A stretch of DNA of 64,000 nucleotides from Bacteroidota bacterium. Its GTDB lineage: Bacteria > Bacteroidota > Bacteroidia > CAILMK01. Shown one piece after another: positions 1 to 9,276 of this stretch (position 1 is its first letter; the number at the start of each line of letters is the position of its first letter). The stretch spans positions 1,391 to 65,390 of the forward strand of contig JABDBQ010000009.1 of NCBI GenBank assembly GCA_013288555.1, given 5' to 3'. The position numbers were made by a program, and so were the translations under genes. Below the pieces are notes generated by a model that saw only the letters and a program-made list of their open reading frames with translations, was not told the origin of the DNA and did no database searches.

Positions 1-320
1 TAAGGAAAATTACCAATGATGGCGATCTGACCTTCAACTATAGATTTAAATTCCAGTTCCAGGAAGTCTTTTTCAAAAATATGGCTGGCTATAAGAGGAT
101 AACTGGTCAACAACCCCGGTATCATGTCCCGGTCAATTTCAACCAGGTATAAATTTTCTTTATATTCCGGGTACAGAAATTGGGTAAGTACCCCTGGTCC
201 TGGGCCAATCTCAAGCACACTGCAGTTCTGTTCTACATCCAATGAATCACAAATCCTTTCGGCAATATGCTTGTCTTTGAGAAAGTGCTGCCCGAATCTT
301 TTTTTAGCGTAGATATACAT
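1..320 (-). CDS. rsmA: 16S rRNA (adenine-N6,N6)-dimethyltransferase RsmA/KsgA, N-terminal part; the gene runs off the left window edge
   Basis: Minus-strand translation from the ATG at 318-320 reads MYIYAKKRFGQHFLKDKHIAERICDSL...VLEIGPGPGVLTQFL...IAIIGNFP. KRFGQHFL and the SAM-binding EIGPGxG are RsmA hallmarks. It is absent from the ORF track because the window truncates it. Confidence 0.85.
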   Translation of the reverse strand, partial: MYIYAKKRFGQHFLKDKHIAERICDSLDVEQNCSVLEIGPGPGVLTQFLYPEYKENLYLVEIDRDMIPGLLTSYPLIASHIFEKDFLELEFKSIVEGQIAIIGNFP

Positions 321-451
321 GTCGGGTACAAATTAAGGTGTTTTTATTTTGCCTGCTGTGATATTGACGGAATACATGCAATGTTGCTGCTTAAATACGC
401 CCCATGATTCAATTATTGGGACATTCAATAAATAGACGATTCAATTATTGC

Positions 452-459
452 TATATTTG
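452..459 (+). promoter_or_regulatory. Candidate Bacteroidota -7 box (TAnnTTTG) for pepA
   Basis: TATATTTG lies 32 nt upstream of the pepA ATG, in AT-rich divergent intergenic DNA. Confidence 0.3.
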
Positions 460-490
460 CCAACTTTTTACTTTATATTTTTATTATTAA

Positions 491-1930
491 ATGGTCAGGT
501 TTCAACACGCTAACAGCTCATCCGCTACTGCTGCGAAGGCAATTTTGACATCAAATGAGAATTTTGATATCAATACTTTTGGTTTGAACAGTGATGAATT
601 GATAACTGTCCAGCGACTTAAAGAAGCCAAGAAACCAGTTATCAGTCTTTATCGTGGAGGAGGGATGAATTCTTTTCAGTTCCTCGATTCAAGTCAATCA
701 AGAAATAAAACGCTTGAAGCTGCAAGAACGGCTGGGGCAAGCCTGGCATCAGAACTCAGGAATCATGATTTTTCTGATATAACAATTGCATTAGCAGAAA
801 AGGACAATGAAATATTGCTTTGTTATGCAACGGGTCTTGCCCTGGCATCTTATCGTTTCACCAGGTATAAAAAAGAATCTCCTGACAAGTCACTAAAATC
901 CATTTCCATTGAAGGAGAAATGAGCCAAAAAGAACTGGATGAATTACAGGCAATTGTAGATGGGATATATTATGCCAGGGACCTGGTGAATACGCCTTCT
1001 TCACATCAGACGGCAGAAGGATTAAGTGCATCTATCCAGGAATTGGGTGCAGAAGCCGGATTCAATGTTGAAGTTTTGAATAAAAGCAAAATTGAGTCAT
1101 TGAAAATGGGAGGATTGCTATCGGTTGCCGCCGGCAGTCTTGATCCCCCTACCTTTAATATACTGGAATGGAAACCCGAAAAAGCGCTGAATTCAAAACC
1201 TGTAATATTAGTAGGGAAAGGCGTCGTTTTTGACACAGGAGGCTTAACCTTAAAGCCGACTCCCAACTCTATGGATCTGATGAAAAGTGATATGGCAGGA
1301 GCTGCTGCAGTTGTTGGTACTTTGTATGCATTGGCGAAATCCAAAATGCCTTATCATGTTATAGGTCTTATTCCGGCTACGGACAATAGACCTGGCGTAA
1401 AAGCAACTGCTCCGGGAGATGTTATCACCATGTATGGCGGGACTACTGTTGAAGTAATGAATACAGATGCGGAAGGACGACTAATCCTTGGTGATGCTTT
1501 GGAATACGCCAAAAAATATGATCCTGAAATCGTCATTGACCTGGCTACACTTACGGGCGCAGCCGTAAAAGCTATAGGGCAATTTGGCATAATATATATG
1601 AGCACGGCTGACGAAAAGGACAAAGAGATTCTTCAAAAAAGCGGTGAGCAAACCTATGAAAGGCTTGTAGAACTGCCTTTGTGGGATGAATATGCAGATA
1701 TGATAAAATCAGATATTGCAGACCTGAAAAATGTATCATCGAGCACCAATGCCGGAGCCATTACGGCAGGCAAGTTCCTGGAACATTTTACCGATTATCC
1801 CTGGGTGCACCTTGATATTGCCGGACCGGCATATATTCCCACAGGGGATGGATATCGTACCAAAAATGCTACCGGAGCCGGCATCAGATTATTAATCAAA
1901 TACTTAAAAAACAGGTATCATAATGCATAA
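491..1930 (+). CDS. pepA: M17 leucyl aminopeptidase
   Basis: Contains the NTDAEGRL signature, VGKGVVFDTGG and MKSDMAGAA motifs; 479 aa. Confidence 0.9.
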   Translation: MVRFQHANSSSATAAKAILTSNENFDINTFGLNSDELITVQRLKEAKKPVISLYRGGGMNSFQFLDSSQSRNKTLEAARTAGASLASELRNHDFSDITIALAEKDNEILLCYATGLALASYRFTRYKKESPDKSLKSISIEGEMSQKELDELQAIVDGIYYARDLVNTPSSHQTAEGLSASIQELGAEAGFNVEVLNKSKIESLKMGGLLSVAAGSLDPPTFNILEWKPEKALNSKPVILVGKGVVFDTGGLTLKPTPNSMDLMKSDMAGAAAVVGTLYALAKSKMPYHVIGLIPATDNRPGVKATAPGDVITMYGGTTVEVMNTDAEGRLILGDALEYAKKYDPEIVIDLATLTGAAVKAIGQFGIIYMSTADEKDKEILQKSGEQTYERLVELPLWDEYADMIKSDIADLKNVSSSTNAGAITAGKFLEHFTDYPWVHLDIAGPAYIPTGDGYRTKNATGAGIRLLIKYLKNRYHNA

Positions 1931-2987
1931 CAACGATAAACCCATTATCGGTATCAGCATTGGCGATCCGAACGGTATCGGCCCCGAGGTTGTAATTAAA
2001 ACCCTTTCTGAGCCAAGGATCATGGATTTTTGTACGCCCATTATTTATGGATCCTCTTCAACCCTTGCATATCACCGCAAAACCATTGAAGGAGTTAATT
2101 TTAATCCATACCTGATCAGGGATATCAAAGAGATGAATCATAATCGTGTGAATCTGATCAATTGCTGGCAGGACACCATTCGGATTACCCTTGGAACGCC
2201 GAGTGAAGAGGCCGGCAAATATGCTTTTCTTTCTATAGAAGGAATGGTAAAAGATGCGAAGGCAGGATTGCTCGATGCTATTGTTACGGCGCCGATTGAT
2301 AAACATACGATACAATCAGAAACTTTTAATTTTCCCGGTCACACAGAATATCTTACCCAGGCTTTTGGCAAAACAGATTCATTGATGGTTCTTTCGGGCG
2401 AAGAATTTAAAATCGGTGTTGTAACTGGTCATATTCCATTGATTGAGGTGCCCGGCAAAATAAGCACTGAAGGTATATTGAGAAAAATTAAATTACTGCA
2501 AACCAGCCTGAGGGAAGATTTTAATATCAGAAAACCCAAAATTGCCGTCCTTGGATTAAATCCTCACGCGGGAGACGGCGGTTTGTTGGGTAAAGAAGAA
2601 ATTGATATCATAACCCCAGCTATTGAAGCGGCTAAAAAACAGGATATCATCGTATTTGGGCCTTATCCTGCCGATGGTTTCTTTGGGGCACATACTTATC
2701 ACAACTTCGATGGCATTCTTGCAATGTACCATGACCAGGGATTGATTCCGTTTAAGTTTGCGAACTTTGATACCGGTGTTAATTTTACTGCTGGATTGCC
2801 GGTTGTCCGTACTTCTCCTGACCATGGAACAGGATATGATATTGCCGGTAAAAACCTCGCCAACGAACAGTCGTTCCGTGAAGCGATATATCTTGCCTGC
2901 GACATTGTAAAAAACCGTAAAATGTATGCTGAAGTCAACAAAAATCCTTTGAAAAACCAGTTGACCCGTGAAAGGGATAATGGGTAA
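1923..2987 (+). CDS. pdxA: 4-hydroxythreonine-4-phosphate dehydrogenase
   Basis: Contains GDPNGIGPEV, LNPHAGDGG and RTSPDHGT motifs. It overlaps the pepA stop by 8 nt, which suggests an operon. Confidence 0.9.
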   Translation: MHNNDKPIIGISIGDPNGIGPEVVIKTLSEPRIMDFCTPIIYGSSSTLAYHRKTIEGVNFNPYLIRDIKEMNHNRVNLINCWQDTIRITLGTPSEEAGKYAFLSIEGMVKDAKAGLLDAIVTAPIDKHTIQSETFNFPGHTEYLTQAFGKTDSLMVLSGEEFKIGVVTGHIPLIEVPGKISTEGILRKIKLLQTSLREDFNIRKPKIAVLGLNPHAGDGGLLGKEEIDIITPAIEAAKKQDIIVFGPYPADGFFGAHTYHNFDGILAMYHDQGLIPFKFANFDTGVNFTAGLPVVRTSPDHGTGYDIAGKNLANEQSFREAIYLACDIVKNRKMYAEVNKNPLKNQLTRERDNG

Positions 2988-3067
2988 GATAGGGATAAGT
3001 GGTAAGGCGAGAGGATTTAATAAACGGGTGGTGGAATTTTGATTGAAAATAGTCTCTGCCTATTTTC

Positions 3068-3140
3068 AATCCCGTTAGGGATGACATATTGGTAGAAATT
3101 TAAAACAATTTGCAATTGAATCCCGTTAGGGATGATATAT
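3068..3140. repeat. Two REP-like hairpins upstream of the RAYT gene (3068-3098 and 3118-3140)
   Basis: Both contain the ATCCC-GTTA-GGGAT hairpin. They are reverse complements of the two copies at 3685-3758. Confidence 0.75.
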
Positions 3141-3200
3141 TTCAAATTTTACGACAGATTTATTCAGGTTTTGTATTTTTGAATTAACTCAATAATACAT

Positions 3201-3662
3201 ATGGCCAATACCTATTCTCAGGTTCATCTTCAATTTGTATTTGCTCCAAAATTCAGAGCAGCGTTAATCAATTCTGATTGGGAAGGTGAATTGTTCAAAT
3301 ACATAACAGCGGTTATCCAAAATAACAAACATAAAATGATTTGTATAAATGGAGTACAGGATCATTTGTACCTATTAATTGGCTTTCACACAACTCAGTC
3401 CATCAGTGATTTAATGTATGATGCAAAATCTTCATCCTCTCAGTGGATTAATGACAATCATTTGACAAAATCGAAGTTTACCTGGCAGGAAGGTTATGGT
3501 GTCTTTTCATATTCCAAATCACAGTTACCCGTTGTCATTCGTTATATAATGAATCAGAAAGAGCATCATAAAAAAAGGACATTTCTTGATGAATATAAAG
3601 AGATGTTGAAAAAATCAGAAATTGATTTTGAGGATCGTTTTATATTCAAGGAACCTGAATGA
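3201..3662 (+). CDS. REP-associated tyrosine transposase (IS200/IS605-family Y1 transposase-like, RAYT)
   Basis: The 153-aa sequence MANTYSQVHLQFVFAPKFR...QDHLYLLIG...WQEGYGVFSYS...IRYIMNQKEHHKK shows the Y1_Tnp fold pattern, including the YxxxQ catalytic-tyrosine helix. REP hairpins flank it. Confidence 0.8.
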   Translation: MANTYSQVHLQFVFAPKFRAALINSDWEGELFKYITAVIQNNKHKMICINGVQDHLYLLIGFHTTQSISDLMYDAKSSSSQWINDNHLTKSKFTWQEGYGVFSYSKSQLPVVIRYIMNQKEHHKKRTFLDEYKEMLKKSEIDFEDRFIFKEPE

Positions 3663-3684
3663 TAAAAATATGAAATAGAAAGAT

Positions 3685-3758
3685 ATATATCATCCCTAAC
3701 GGGATTCAAGATCTTTATTTATTTATTTTTCTACCAATATCACATCCCTAAAGGGATT
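3685..3758. repeat. Two REP-like hairpins downstream of the RAYT gene (3685-3707 and 3728-3758)
   Basis: 3685-3707 is the perfect reverse complement of 3118-3140. 3728-3758 is the reverse complement of 3068-3098 with about 3 mismatches. Confidence 0.75.
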
Positions 3759-3855
3759 TTTAGGATAAAGAATTGATTAATTGAACATGGTCAAAACCCC
3801 TTCTTTCCGAAATTCTTTCGTAAATTCGCTGTTACATGTCTTAAAGGATTGAAAA

Positions 3856-6669
3856 ATGAGTAGTATCATCGCCTATCTCGGTACCCAGTCAAGCAAGGGT
3901 CAAAAGGATTCAACCAAGCCTTCTTCCGGAAAAATAGCCTATATCGATAACAAACCTTATGAAATTGAGGAAGGTGAAACCATTCTTAAATTCATCAAGA
4001 GGAATTTCGGTAATGACCTGGTACCTACCCTTTGTGATGCGCCTAATCTCGATCCATTTGGTGCCTGCAGGGTTTGTAGTGTTGATGTTGCATTAGCAGA
4101 AAACGGACCAGCCAAAGCACAGGCTTCATGTCATACGCCCGTGATGCCGAATTCTTATATCTATCCTGAAAGTGACCGGATACTGAAACTCCGTAAAAAT
4201 ATTGTGGAACTGGTACTTACAGACCATCCGCTCGATTGCCTGACCTGTGAAGTAAATAACAATTGCGAACTTCAGGCAGTCGCCGCCAAAGTAGGTATTC
4301 GTGATGTACGATATCCTGATGGCAAAAACCATCTCGATCGAACCAAAGACCTGAGTCACCCATATATGACTTCTGATATGTCGAAATGCATCAATTGCGG
4401 CCGCTGTGTGCGTGCCTGTGATGAAGTGCAGGGACAGTTTGTGTTGAGCATGGCAGGGCGTGGTTTTGAAAGCCATATCGTAAAAGGTGCCGAGCAAACA
4501 TTTTTTGGAAGCGATTGTGTGAGTTGTGGCGCCTGTGCCCAGGCTTGTCCAACAAGCGCTATTTCAGATGTTTATGAATCAAAAAGTATTGCCGTCGATG
4601 AAAAAATAAGAACTATTTGTACTTATTGCGGTGTCGGTTGTAATCTCGAAGTAAGTGTAAAAGCCGGGAAAGTAAAATCAATCCAGGCACCATACGATGC
4701 TGATACCAACCAGGGACATACCTGCCTGAAGGGTCGTTATGCCTTTTCATTCTACAACCATCCGGATCGCTTGCGCAGTCCGATGATCAAACGTAATGGT
4801 GAATTTGAAAAAGTAAGTTGGGATGAAGCCTATGATTTTATTGCCGGTGAACTGACCCGGATTAAAGATAATTATGGTGCAGATGCCATTGGCGGACTTT
4901 CATCCGCCCGTGGACCAAATGAAGAAAACTACCTGATGCAGAAGTTTATACGTGCTGTTATCGGGACTAACAATATAGACAGTTGTGCCAGGGTTTGCCA
5001 TTCACCAACAGCCATCGGCATGCAACGTACATTTGGAACAGGCGCTGCTACTAATTCTATCCGTGATTTGAAATTGACGGACTTAATTATGGTGATTGGT
5101 GCCAATCCTACAGACGGACACCCTGTAACGGGTGCCAAGCTGAAACAGTTTGCCATGAAAAAGCCCTGTATCGTTATTGACCCGCGCAAGACAGAACTGG
5201 CACGTTATGCAAAATACCATCTTCAATTGAGACCGGGCACCAATGTAGCCCTGCTGAATATGATGTTGTATTATATTCTCAGCGAAGGACTTGAGGATAA
5301 AGAATTTATTGAATCTCGAACGGAAGGATATGCCGAATTCAAACAAAGCATCCTGAACCTTAATGTTGATGAGATGGAAAGGTTGACGGGTGTTGATCGC
5401 AACCTCGTTCGGGAAGCAGCCATTGCTTATGCTACAGCTGAAAGAGCTATGGAATTCCATGGATTGGGTGTTACAGAACACAGCCAGGGTACTTTTGCCA
5501 TAATGCTTATTGCGGATATGGTAATGATAACCGGGAATGTCGGAAAACCAGGCTGCGGCATGAATCCGCTTCGTGGACAAAACAATGTACAAGGGGCCGC
5601 TGATATGGGCTCACAACCCTACCAGGGTGCTGGGTATTTTGATGTGACCAATCCGGAATACCATAAAATGTATGAGGAGTTTTATCATGCCAAACTTCCA
5701 AATTATGTGGGTTTGAAAATACCTCAGATGTATGATGCCGCCCTGAATGGAAAACTCAAAGCCATGTGGGTCATAGGAGAGGATATGGCCCAGACAGACC
5801 CGAATACGCATCATGTGGTTAAAGCTCTTAAGAGCCTGGACCTGTTGATTGTACAGGAACTGTTTATGACCGAAACGGCCAAACTGGCTACAGTAATATT
5901 ACCGGCAGCTTCTTTCCTTGAAAAAGACGGAACCTTTACAAATGGCGAAAGAAGAATACAAAGAGTAAACAAAGTAGTTGAGCCTATTGAAGGCACCAAA
6001 AGTGACGGACAGATCATTGTAGATATCATGAACCGCATGGGTTACCCGCAGCCTGATTATCATCCGAAATGGGTATTGGAAGAAATTGCGCAGATAATAC
6101 CATTTTTTGCGGGCGTTACCTGGGATAACCTCGGTGATGATGGTTTGCAATGGCCAGTTGCTGCCGATGGTACTGATACCCAAATCCTTCATGTTGGGAC
6201 CTTTAAAAGAGGACTTGGCAAGTTTATTTATAATGACTTCAAAGAAAGCCAGGAACTGGTTCAAAACGCAAAAGAATACCCATATATCATCACCACAAAC
6301 CGCGAACTGGAACATTATAATGGCGGCACCATGACTCGTAGAACCCCGAACGTGGAAATCCTTACAGATGATGTATTGATGATAAATCCTGCAGATGCTG
6401 CGAAACATAATATAATGGAAGGCGACATGGTTTGCGTAGAAAGCGTTCGTGGCAAAGTGGATGTTATGGCAAGGATTACTGATGAAGTAAAACCGGGTAT
6501 CCTGAGTTCTACTTTCCACTTCCCGGATATCATGTTAAATAACATAACTTCCAGCATATCAGACTCTGAAGCCATGTGCCCTGAGTTTAAAGTGGTCGCG
6601 GTGAATATCAGGAAGAGCAAGGGGAAGTATAAATACAGTCAACAGGCAGCAGTCGTCAGTCAACAGTAA
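3856..6669 (+). CDS. Formate dehydrogenase alpha subunit (fused 2Fe-2S / 4Fe-4S / molybdopterin oxidoreductase), Cys type
   Basis: The N-terminal part carries a 2Fe-2S motif (CRVCSV) and several 4Fe-4S motifs (CINCGRCVRAC, CVSCGACAQACP). The molybdopterin domain has the FDH active-site context SCARVCHSPT, with a TGC Cys codon at 4996-4998. 937 aa. Confidence 0.85.
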   Translation: MSSIIAYLGTQSSKGQKDSTKPSSGKIAYIDNKPYEIEEGETILKFIKRNFGNDLVPTLCDAPNLDPFGACRVCSVDVALAENGPAKAQASCHTPVMPNSYIYPESDRILKLRKNIVELVLTDHPLDCLTCEVNNNCELQAVAAKVGIRDVRYPDGKNHLDRTKDLSHPYMTSDMSKCINCGRCVRACDEVQGQFVLSMAGRGFESHIVKGAEQTFFGSDCVSCGACAQACPTSAISDVYESKSIAVDEKIRTICTYCGVGCNLEVSVKAGKVKSIQAPYDADTNQGHTCLKGRYAFSFYNHPDRLRSPMIKRNGEFEKVSWDEAYDFIAGELTRIKDNYGADAIGGLSSARGPNEENYLMQKFIRAVIGTNNIDSCARVCHSPTAIGMQRTFGTGAATNSIRDLKLTDLIMVIGANPTDGHPVTGAKLKQFAMKKPCIVIDPRKTELARYAKYHLQLRPGTNVALLNMMLYYILSEGLEDKEFIESRTEGYAEFKQSILNLNVDEMERLTGVDRNLVREAAIAYATAERAMEFHGLGVTEHSQGTFAIMLIADMVMITGNVGKPGCGMNPLRGQNNVQGAADMGSQPYQGAGYFDVTNPEYHKMYEEFYHAKLPNYVGLKIPQMYDAALNGKLKAMWVIGEDMAQTDPNTHHVVKALKSLDLLIVQELFMTETAKLATVILPAASFLEKDGTFTNGERRIQRVNKVVEPIEGTKSDGQIIVDIMNRMGYPQPDYHPKWVLEEIAQIIPFFAGVTWDNLGDDGLQWPVAADGTDTQILHVGTFKRGLGKFIYNDFKESQELVQNAKEYPYIITTNRELEHYNGGTMTRRTPNVEILTDDVLMINPADAAKHNIMEGDMVCVESVRGKVDVMARITDEVKPGILSSTFHFPDIMLNNITSSISDSEAMCPEFKVVAVNIRKSKGKYKYSQQAAVVSQQ

Positions 6670-6675
6670 AGAGTG
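6636..6675 (+). repeat. Word-repeat tail, family B (CAGTCAnCAGTAAAGAG), overlapping the FDH stop codon
   Basis: CAGTCAACAGGCAGCAGTCGTCAGTCAACAGTAAAGAGTG resembles 41068-41101 and the reverse complement of 41647-41680. Confidence 0.6.
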
Positions 6676-6686
6676 TTTTCATTTGT

Positions 6687-7082
6687 ATGATGACAAAGCA
6701 AGATCACATCAAGTATTGGATTGCGACTGCGGAAAAGGATTGGGAAGTAGTTCGATTCCTGATAGGTGGAAATAAATTTATGTATGCCTTGTTTTTAGCT
6801 CATCTAACAATTGAAAAATTAGCTAAGGCTCTTTGGGTAAAAAATAATGTTAATAATGATCCACCTAAAATACATAATATTGCCAGCATATTGAAGCGAG
6901 CCAATGTTGAAATAAGCGAGGAACAGCGAATATTTTTCCTTCAAATGAATGATTTTCATTTGGAAGGACGTTATCCCGATTTTAGAGATATTCTTTACAA
7001 AACCTATGACAAAATAAAAACGGAAGAAATTCTGGACAATGTATTAATAAGCAAGCAATGGTTACTCAACAAGCTGCAATAG
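6687..7082 (+). CDS. HEPN domain protein (putative toxin of a HEPN/MNT pair)
   Basis: 131 aa, predicted all-helical, with a KIHNI...EGRYPD pattern typical of PF05168-type HEPN. It overlaps the following nucleotidyltransferase gene. Confidence 0.7.
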   Translation: MMTKQDHIKYWIATAEKDWEVVRFLIGGNKFMYALFLAHLTIEKLAKALWVKNNVNNDPPKIHNIASILKRANVEISEEQRIFFLQMNDFHLEGRYPDFRDILYKTYDKIKTEEILDNVLISKQWLLNKLQ

Positions 7083-7372
7083 AAGAAGTAAAAGATCTGG
7101 TTAAAGGAATCAAGGGTCTCGGGATTCATTTGAGAAAAGCCATCCTATTCGGCTCTTATGCCCGCAATGAACAAAGAAATTGGTCAGATATTGATGTTGC
7201 ATTGGTTGCTGACGAATTTTCAGGAATTGGGTTTGATGACATAGGATTGTTTGGTAAAGCGTTGGTGCATCATATCGAGATTCAACCAAGAACCTATCCC
7301 ACAGACTATTTCGAGCAAGGTGATCCTTTCATAGAAGAAATAATCAGGACAGGAATTGAGATTGAGGCTTAA
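7058..7372 (+). CDS. Minimal nucleotidyltransferase (MNT) domain protein (putative antitoxin)
   Basis: Contains the GSYARNEQRNWSDIDVALV motif (GSxxRG...DxD type polymerase-beta NTase). 104 aa, with a 25-nt overlap with the HEPN gene. Confidence 0.8.
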   Translation: MVTQQAAIEEVKDLVKGIKGLGIHLRKAILFGSYARNEQRNWSDIDVALVADEFSGIGFDDIGLFGKALVHHIEIQPRTYPTDYFEQGDPFIEEIIRTGIEIEA

Positions 7373-7376
7373 GTAA

Positions 7377-8330
7377 ATGAAAGCCATACCTCTTCTCCTG
7401 GCTTTATTCTTCTTACCCATTATTCTTCATGCCCAGGATCAGGAAAAACTTCTTGAGCATGCCTATAAAACAAAATCAAAGAAAGAACTGAAGCAATTCT
7501 TTGACAATTGGCATAAAGAAATACCACCTATTTCTGATTCTGAATTTGCAAAGTTAAATGACTTACAAAAAGAGGCTTACAAGGTTTTTTCAATTACTTA
7601 TCGCCCAGATTGTCATCTTTTGCTTGATGCGGGATGGATCGATAGTGTTAATAACTTTGAGAATTTCTATGTAATTCATAACTCTTTACAAATTTTAAAG
7701 GTTAATAAGATTTGTGGTACCCATTCAGACAGTGATTCTGCGATTGTAAATTTTGCAATGCAATTCATAGCAGATTCCGCTCAAAAAAAATATTTTCTTA
7801 AAAGAGACAAAAATGGACAACTTGAAATAATTAAATCTTACAAATACGGTTCCTTTAATGCTATAAAAGTGTTTTATTCAGATTATAATAAAGTTGATTC
7901 TTTAACGAATTTTAGACCATCCATAAAAAGCATAGGCAAAATTCCAGTGTACCTAACACCAAAATATAGTGAAATGTTAAATACTTTTTATTTAGGACCT
8001 CGCTGGAGATGGCTTATAAACTGCGATCTTAATAAAGTGAAAAGACTTTTTGGCGTAAATAATGAATTATCTGAACCTTTCAAGCTTTATGAAATGAAAC
8101 AGAAAAGAAAAGATTTCATTAGAAATTATATTCCAGCAAACCTATCTGGATTAGCTCAACCTCAATTTTCTTTCATTATTTTCGATAAGACCATGGCAAA
8201 AGCTGTGGTTGATTTCTGGCAAGATGATCTTTACAATGGATTTAACTGTCATATATCTATCCTCTTATCAAAAAGTGATGGATATTGGAATGTCAGCGGT
8301 TCAAGTGTACAATATTTCCAGCTTATGTAG
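7377..8330 (+). CDS. Hypothetical secreted protein
   Basis: Signal peptide MKAIPLLLALFFLPIILHAQ. No family recognised. It starts 4 nt after the MNT stop. Confidence 0.55.
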   Translation: MKAIPLLLALFFLPIILHAQDQEKLLEHAYKTKSKKELKQFFDNWHKEIPPISDSEFAKLNDLQKEAYKVFSITYRPDCHLLLDAGWIDSVNNFENFYVIHNSLQILKVNKICGTHSDSDSAIVNFAMQFIADSAQKKYFLKRDKNGQLEIIKSYKYGSFNAIKVFYSDYNKVDSLTNFRPSIKSIGKIPVYLTPKYSEMLNTFYLGPRWRWLINCDLNKVKRLFGVNNELSEPFKLYEMKQKRKDFIRNYIPANLSGLAQPQFSFIIFDKTMAKAVVDFWQDDLYNGFNCHISILLSKSDGYWNVSGSSVQYFQLM

Positions 8331-8364
8331 TAAACGACCAATTCACCAACTCACCATTTTCCCC

Positions 8365-8372
8365 TACCTTTG
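8365..8372 (+). promoter_or_regulatory. Candidate -7 box (TACCTTTG) for tatC-rpiB
   Basis: Matches TAnnTTTG 46 nt upstream of the tatC start. Confidence 0.3.
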
Positions 8373-8418
8373 CTGCATTATTCCCTGTTTTATTTTTCGG
8401 GAATAATACAATTATCCA

Positions 8419-9276
8419 ATGAAATTAAGATTCGGGAAGAAGGCAGAAGACATTGAGATGTCTTTTTTAGACCATCTGGAGGCGTTGCGCTGGCATATCA
8501 TCCGGTCTCTGGCAGCAGTGTTGGTATTTGCCGTGGTTGCTTTCCTCAACAAGCATTTTATTTTTGATACTGTCTTTCTTGGCCCTTATCATCCTGATTT
8601 CTGGACTTACCGGCAGTTTTGCACCCTCGGCAGGTTAATGGGAAGTACGGATCCTTGCATCAAAGACATGGGTTTCACCCTTATCAATACCGAAATGGCA
8701 GGGCAGTTCAACCAGCATATCTCAATGTCTTTAACGGTTGGCGTGGTACTGGCCTTTCCTTATGCCTCATGGGAATTGTGGAAGTTTTTAAGACCTGCTC
8801 TTACCAGTAAAGAAATTAAGTATTCAAGAGGTATTGTCACTGCAAGTTCAGCACTTTTCTTTGTTGGCATACTTTTCGGCTATTTTTGCATTACCCCTGT
8901 TACCATCCAGTTTCTCGGTTCCTACCGTATCAGCGATGCTTTTGAGAACAAGATCACCATCGGTGATTATATTGATACGATAACAATGACCACATTAGCC
9001 ATAGCCATCACGTTTGAGTTGCCTATGGTTGTTTATTTCTTAAGCAAGGCCGGCATCTTAACGCCCCCTATCATGCGGGAATACCGGCGCCATGCAATAG
9101 TGTTTATCCTGATCCTGGCCGCTGTGATCACACCAACAACGGATATGCTCACCATGACGCTTGTTGCCCTGCCGTTTTATCTTTTGTACGAGGCAAGTAT
9201 ATCGGTATCTTATATAGTAACGAGGAATAGGAGAAGAAAACAAAAATTAGAAGAAGATGAAGATAGTATTAGCTAA
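8419..9276 (+). CDS. tatC: Twin-arginine translocase subunit TatC
   Basis: Contains the MSFLDHLEALRWHIIRS motif and six predicted TM segments. Confidence 0.9.
   Translation: MKLRFGKKAEDIEMSFLDHLEALRWHIIRSLAAVLVFAVVAFLNKHFIFDTVFLGPYHPDFWTYRQFCTLGRLMGSTDPCIKDMGFTLINTEMAGQFNQHISMSLTVGVVLAFPYASWELWKFLRPALTSKEIKYSRGIVTASSALFFVGILFGYFCITPVTIQFLGSYRISDAFENKITIGDYIDTITMTTLAIAITFELPMVVYFLSKAGILTPPIMREYRRHAIVFILILAAVITPTTDMLTMTLVALPFYLLYEASISVSYIVTRNRRRKQKLEEDEDSIS

Larger units (their letters stand above)
3068..3758 (+). mobile_element. RAYT locus: nested inverted REP pairs enclosing a Y1 transposase gene
   Basis: The architecture is REP1 REP2 [gene] REP2' REP1', inserted between pdxA and the formate dehydrogenase gene. 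Confidence 0.6.

Noticed and set aside
4996-4998. Selenocysteine (an in-frame TGA) in the formate dehydrogenase active site
   Set aside because: The codon in the SCARVCHSPT context is TGC (Cys). The ORF has no internal TGA, and no SECIS-like hairpin needs to be invoked.
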